NCBI GenBank assembly: GCA_030324005.1
Contig: JARDVH010000115.1
Span: forward strand, 27,820,943-27,884,942
Reading direction: 5' to 3'
Length of the DNA: 64,000 nucleotides
Origin: Negaprion brevirostris
Lineage: Eukaryota
Made by a program: the position numbers and the translations under genes. A model generated the notes under the pieces. That model did not search any database and was not told where the DNA came from. It saw nothing but the letters and a program-made list of their open reading frames with translations. Positions 1 through 64,000 of the stretch are shown one piece after another (the first letter of the stretch is position 1; every line of letters begins with the position of its first letter).

Positions 1-77
1 TATAAACATATTTCCTGTTTATACAACAGCACATCCTCAGTTACTGAGCAGTGTTACAAGAGATTTGCTAGTAATTA
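1..77 (+). repeat. Direct repeat copy 1 (truncated by window start)
   Basis: Identical to 1175-1251. Confidence 0.9.
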
Positions 78-493
78 CTGAAGTACTGAGAAGTGATGAA
101 AATAAATCTCAATACCAATCTGTGTCATCATGTGGGCTAAATTAATTTCAAACTCCTAATGATTAATAGGTTGAATCTAGTAAGGCTGGGTGTAAATAAT
201 TAAATACATTGTGGTGGGATGATAAATGAGTCCTTCATAGAATGCTGGATTTTGGTTCTAAGAATTAATATCAAAAGATTTAAATTAATATACTGTCATT
301 TTGCTTTAATGGAGTGAATGTATTAATGGTTTTAGCTTAGAAACTTATTATTTTAACTGCATCCTTCAGAGATTTGAGTTCTGTGGAACTGCTGGATGAC
401 ACAAAACTTGAATCTAGAGAAGGAAGATAATGGGTTTTATATTGTCAGTAATTATTTCTTCTAACAATGGCTTTCCCAAAATGTAGTATTTAG

Positions 494-1091
494 ATCCATA
501 CAATGGAGACTTGGAAAGTATGTCAAGTGAATCAGATGGTAGGTTTTCTGGCAGATGTTTACACCAAGGAGATACATTATCAGTCCCATACCATTGGACC
601 AATTGATGGAAAGTTATCAATAAAATCATACAAACAATCATTCCAAGCAACATTTGAGCCTCTGTGTAGTTATAAAGAATTAAACTCCACCCAAATGGAA
701 CCTGCAACCACTGATGTGCTTCTACAATCAGCCAGTGAATCAGAACTATTTTCCAACAGAGTACATGATCTGACATTTCCCACAAATGGACTTGTCTTAA
801 GTACCAAACACAAACAGCTTGGATCATTAGATTTGGGGATCTTGACTGACTCACCTGCTAGAAACTTGAACATTGGAGAACATGGACTTAACATGCTAGT
901 TCTGCAAAACCCTGGTGGGAAGCATTACCCAAGACACCAGAATTCCCATCTGTGTTCAGGATGCATTTTAAAGGTCTCTCATGAAAGATGTAGTGAAGGG
1001 AAATTTACACCAAAGAGAAAACTAGGAAACACTTTGAATGATATAGGCAATGACCACATAAGTAAAAAAAGCAGTGTAATTAAAAACTGAG
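494..1091 (+). CDS. Possible coding exon of an uncharacterised gene convergent with DYNC1H1
   Basis: 195-codon open frame (503-1090) in AT-rich DNA with no repeat signature; candidate acceptors at 486 and 493; strong donor AG|GTAAGC right after the TGA; no recognisable domain. Confidence 0.4.
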
Positions 1092-1174
1092 GTAAGCTTT
1101 TGTCTAGTGAATTTGCTTCTTTGAACTGTAGCATTACCTAAAATCTACATTAATCCTGCCTGCCCCCTGCATGG

Positions 1175-1251
1175 TATAAACATATTTCCTGTTTATACAA
1201 CAGCACATCCTCAGTTACTGAGCAGTGTTACAAGAGATTTGCTAGTAATTA
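1175..1251 (+). repeat. Direct repeat copy 2
   Basis: Identical to 1-77. Confidence 0.9.
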
Positions 1252-1644
1252 ACACTTTAAATTTGCATGCTCAAACTTTTGCTAGGCAATGAAATTGTTC
1301 CTATTTCATGCATCCAGTGTTAAGGCTCCCAACACTATTAAAATACCTGTCTCTGTCCAAGCAACATATTTGATATGGAATGTTATTTTCTAACTTTTTT
1401 GACATTTTGTGGGTGATGGTAAATATATTATCAGTATTTCAAATGCCAATGAATTTTGGCAGGTTGGGAAAGCAGGAAGGCTGAATGCCTCCATCATTCT
1501 TTACAGGGCCAATTGATGTAGTGGCTACCTCAGTACAGAACAAGTCTCAAACTTGGAATCTTTTGTTCTATATGATTTAATATCAAACCCAACTAGTCAT
1601 TTGTCTGTTAAGGCATTGTGCAAGCTCTAAGCATTTGTGAAACA

Positions 1645-2031
1645 CAAATTTAGCATAGCCAATACACCTCACCAGGACATCTTTTGGACAGTGGGAGGAA
1701 ACTGGAGCACTGAGCATAGATAGGCTAAACAGCTTACATATTCAGTATATACCATGCAATCCTATATACAAACATTTGACTCATTCCATTTACATGAGCC
1801 ATTTGATGAACACACTGGCAGGAGTACCAACTCAGTATCTTAGCCAAGTCCTTGCCTGCATTCAGTTTCCCCAAAACCCCACAATTCCCATGGCTAATCC
1901 CCTTATCCTACACATCTTGGGACACATAGGGACAATTTTGCATAGCCAATCCACTTAACCTGCACATCATTGGACTGTGAAAAAAAACCCCAGCTCCCTG
2001 GCACTGAGGCAGCATTGCTAACCACTGCCAC
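1645..2031 (-). mobile_element. Two HE1-like V-SINE fragments (~1645-1712 and ~1890-2031)
   Basis: Reverse complement of the SINE core (TCCTCCCACTGTCCAAAAGATGT) and head (GTGGTTAGCAATGCTGCCTCAG). Confidence 0.75.
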
Positions 2032-3574
2032 ACCTATTCATGAATCAGACTGAAGGAAATTTGTAAACAATTGAAGATTTACTACAATCATTGAGTTTGC
2101 ATAGACATTTGAAAGTAAAGCCATAGTTTTCTCTAGCCAGAGTTGATTTGCAGGCCTGGAAATGGCCTTACCTGGTCTAATCCCAATTGTTGCAAACACC
2201 TTTGAATTAGAAGTACTGCCCCTCTAAGATCAAAATGGTATTTGACTCAAAGCTATATTTAACATGGTTAACCAGGAGCCATTGTGCTGTTCTTCTGCAA
2301 GAGCAACTTGGCTACTCCCACACCTGTTTTTACAATTTTCTCTCCAGCTAATTTTCCATTTATTTAAAAATCAAGATTAAACCTACTCCACCACACACAC
2401 TAAAGCTTTAACCTGTGCTAATGTTTGATTCTTTTGTATTGAAAAGAAATACACTGCCAGTGAGAAGTTTCTCCCTTTGCACTGACCTACTTATACAAAG
2501 GAAACATTCTCTATTCTCTAACCACAGCCTTTCAATCTTTTCATTTCTGGCATCATCCATGTAAATCTTTGTGTCTCTATCCACTGCATAGCAGTTGTAT
2601 GAAATGGATAGCTTCACCTGTTGTCTCAAACTGAGATATTTTACTATTTCACACAGTTATAAAGGAGTAATGAATGGCATTTTCCACCAACAGGATGCTA
2701 TCAAGTCAAAAAAAAGTTCTACCAATGAGTGAATAATATGGTATATGAATTTGTGCAATTATGGATTCCAGGAACCCAAGTAGTTCACTTGCTTCCTTTG
2801 AAAGTCAAGCGATTTTACCAGGCCAATTGCTGCAATCTGTCCCTATCCTGGATATGTAAAGGTTAAGAAAAGTCACTCAGAGCCTGGGGTCACAAGTAAT
2901 AGAAAAACAACAACATAATAGTTTGACTGTAACTGCTTGGGAGAACAGAGCACACACCAGAACCCAGCTAACTATCCATAGTTCAGCAAGTACTTCAAGA
3001 AAGTTGATGCAGCCAATACGCCACCCGCTGCCCTAACTGTAAACCTTAAAACAGGGAATTGGAGGCAAAGTGTTAGAACCAGTATCAGGCCTGTCATAAT
3101 TTAACCAATTGTGCTCAATATCCAAACTCTTTTCTTGGGGGGAGATAAAACCCGTAAACTACACAGTTTAAACATTCATGAACTCAGGAACAGGATCGGA
3201 GTATCAATATCATAAATCCTGTCTCCTTCTGTCCTCTCCCAGCAACCTAACAAATAATATCAATTCATTCCTAACTCCTTATTTATTTAACTGACCAACG
3301 TTGCTCTAATTGTCTTTTCTAACCTGATGGTGTTACATTTTTTAGCATCTGACATTCAGGCAAGAAACGTTTATCGACTTATTTTGAGGTAATTTTCTGA
3401 GCCTGGATTTTTTTGTCCAGTTATGTTATTCCATATATCTGCCAAAGATAATCCTGATGTGGAGGTACGGGCATTGGACTGGGGTCAGCACAGTAAGAAG
3501 TCTGAGTTCTTCAATCCCATAGGATTTAAGTGCTCAGACACACAGCCCTCAGAAGAGTTGCAAACTCATACAGC

Positions 3575-4142
3575 CAACCCACATTACACACACAATACAC
3601 AGACGCCCATCCTGTCCCCTTCACATTACACACACCCACCCTGTCCCCATCTTATTACACACACAACACACACACCCACTCTGTCCCCATCACATTACAC
3701 ACACCCACCCTGTCCCCATCGCATTACACACACCCACCCTGTCCCCATCGCATTACACACACCCATCCTGTCCCCATCGCATTACGCACACCCATCCTGT
3801 CCCCATCGCATTACGCACACAACACACACACCCATCCTGTCCCCATCACATTACGCACACAACACACACACCCACCCTGTCCCCCATGACATTGCACACA
3901 CACACCCACCCTGTCCCCCATGACATTGTGCGTGCACACACACACACACACACCCTGTCCCCGTCACATTGCACACACAGACACACCCTGTCCCCATCAC
4001 ATTGCACACACGCACACACTCTATCCCTATCACATTGCACACACACACACACACCCTATCCCTATCACATTGCACACACACACCCTGTCCCCCCATGACA
4101 TTGCACGTGCACACACACCGTCCCCATCACATTGCACACACA
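3575..4142 (+). repeat. CA-rich minisatellite, ~30-bp unit (CCCTGTCCCCATCACATTACACACA...)
   Basis: Many tandem imperfect units with variable (CA)n. Confidence 0.95.
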
Positions 4143-4295
4143 GATACTGACATCTCAGGAGAATAAAGACGAACTTCTCTATCAGACACTCGTCACCAAT
4201 GAGAGATTTGAAACTTCCACCTGCCATCACTCTCTAATTACGAACACACTGCATTACTTAGGCATTGCAAAAGGCAAACTGAAATCAGCCCATCG

Positions 4296-4346
4296 GGGGC
4301 AGCATGGTGGCACAGTGGTTAGCACTGCTGCCTCACAGTGCCTGGG
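4296..4346 (+). mobile_element. HE1-like SINE 5' head, truncated by gap
   Basis: GGCAGCATGGTGGCACAGTGGTTAGCACTGCTGCCTCACAG, tRNA-derived A-box head. Confidence 0.85.
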
Positions 4347-4661
4347 NNNNNNNNNNNNNNNNNNNNNNNNNNNNNNNNNNNNNNNNNNNNNNNNNNNNNN
4401 NNNNNNNNNNNNNNNNNNNNNNNNNNNNNNNNNNNNNNNNNNNNNNTTTGAAATTTGGCATTCTTCCTGGTGAGTGCAAGACAAAGCACTTGTCTCTTTT
4501 TGCAGACATATGGAAGAATGTAGGAACTTGAGGCACAACTTCAAAGCAACTCTAACATGTGAATTTGAAGGTAATTCATTACTATACATTCCACTAGTTA
4601 ACAATTCAATTTTGAGTACCATTAACCATTATAGAAACAAACTTCAATCATGATGTACAAT

Positions 4662-4667
4662 TTTATT
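4662..4667 (-). terminator. Polyadenylation signal AATAAA of DYNC1H1
   Basis: AATAAA ~200 nt after the stop, followed by GT-rich GTTTGTTT. Confidence 0.7.
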
Positions 4668-4864
4668 AACTGTAAAACTACTTGGAGAACATCCTCAAAA
4701 TGAATTACAAAATACATTTTCCAACTTTGCTGAATCTCAATAGCCATCATACCATCACGTTTACAGAACCCTAATAAAATCACCATTACTTTGAAAAGGT
4801 TAATGCTGTTCAGATCTAATAGTGCATGCAATTAAGTATTATGTCATTTCAAAGCAATTTCCAT

Positions 4865-63992
<59,128 letters not shown>

Positions 63993-64000
63993 CTACGGGG

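Noticed and set aside
3423-4230. Cluster of His/Thr/Pro-rich and Cys/Val-rich ORFs
   Set aside because: Translations of the CA-rich minisatellite in several frames; not genes.

Overview
Vertebrate genomic DNA from a gapped draft scaffold, most likely a shark or ray, judging by many HE1-type V-SINE and CR1/HER1-type LINE relics. Positions ~4.6-64 kb hold the 3' part of the cytoplasmic dynein 1 heavy chain gene (DYNC1H1) on the minus strand. I traced 59 exon positions by hand from the linker through AAA1-4, the stalk and microtubule-binding domain (MTBD), AAA5-6 and the C-terminus. All have GT-AG sites and consistent phases; the stop is at 4865-4867 and a polyA signal at 4662-4667. Two things stand out. 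(1) A tandem pair of intact 196-nt homologous exons (36579-36774 and 36105-36300) encodes alternative versions of MTBD helices H1-H4. The pair looks like a regulated mutually exclusive cassette: the exon length is not a multiple of 3, two RBFOX TGCATG sites lie in the intervening intron, and there is a ~160-nt AG-exclusion zone. (2) A slightly diverged inverted copy of the two AAA4 Walker A/B exons sits on the plus strand (42107-42476), and the sense copies fall mostly in an assembly gap. The first 1.3 kb holds a possible convergent plus-strand coding exon and a 77-bp direct repeat.
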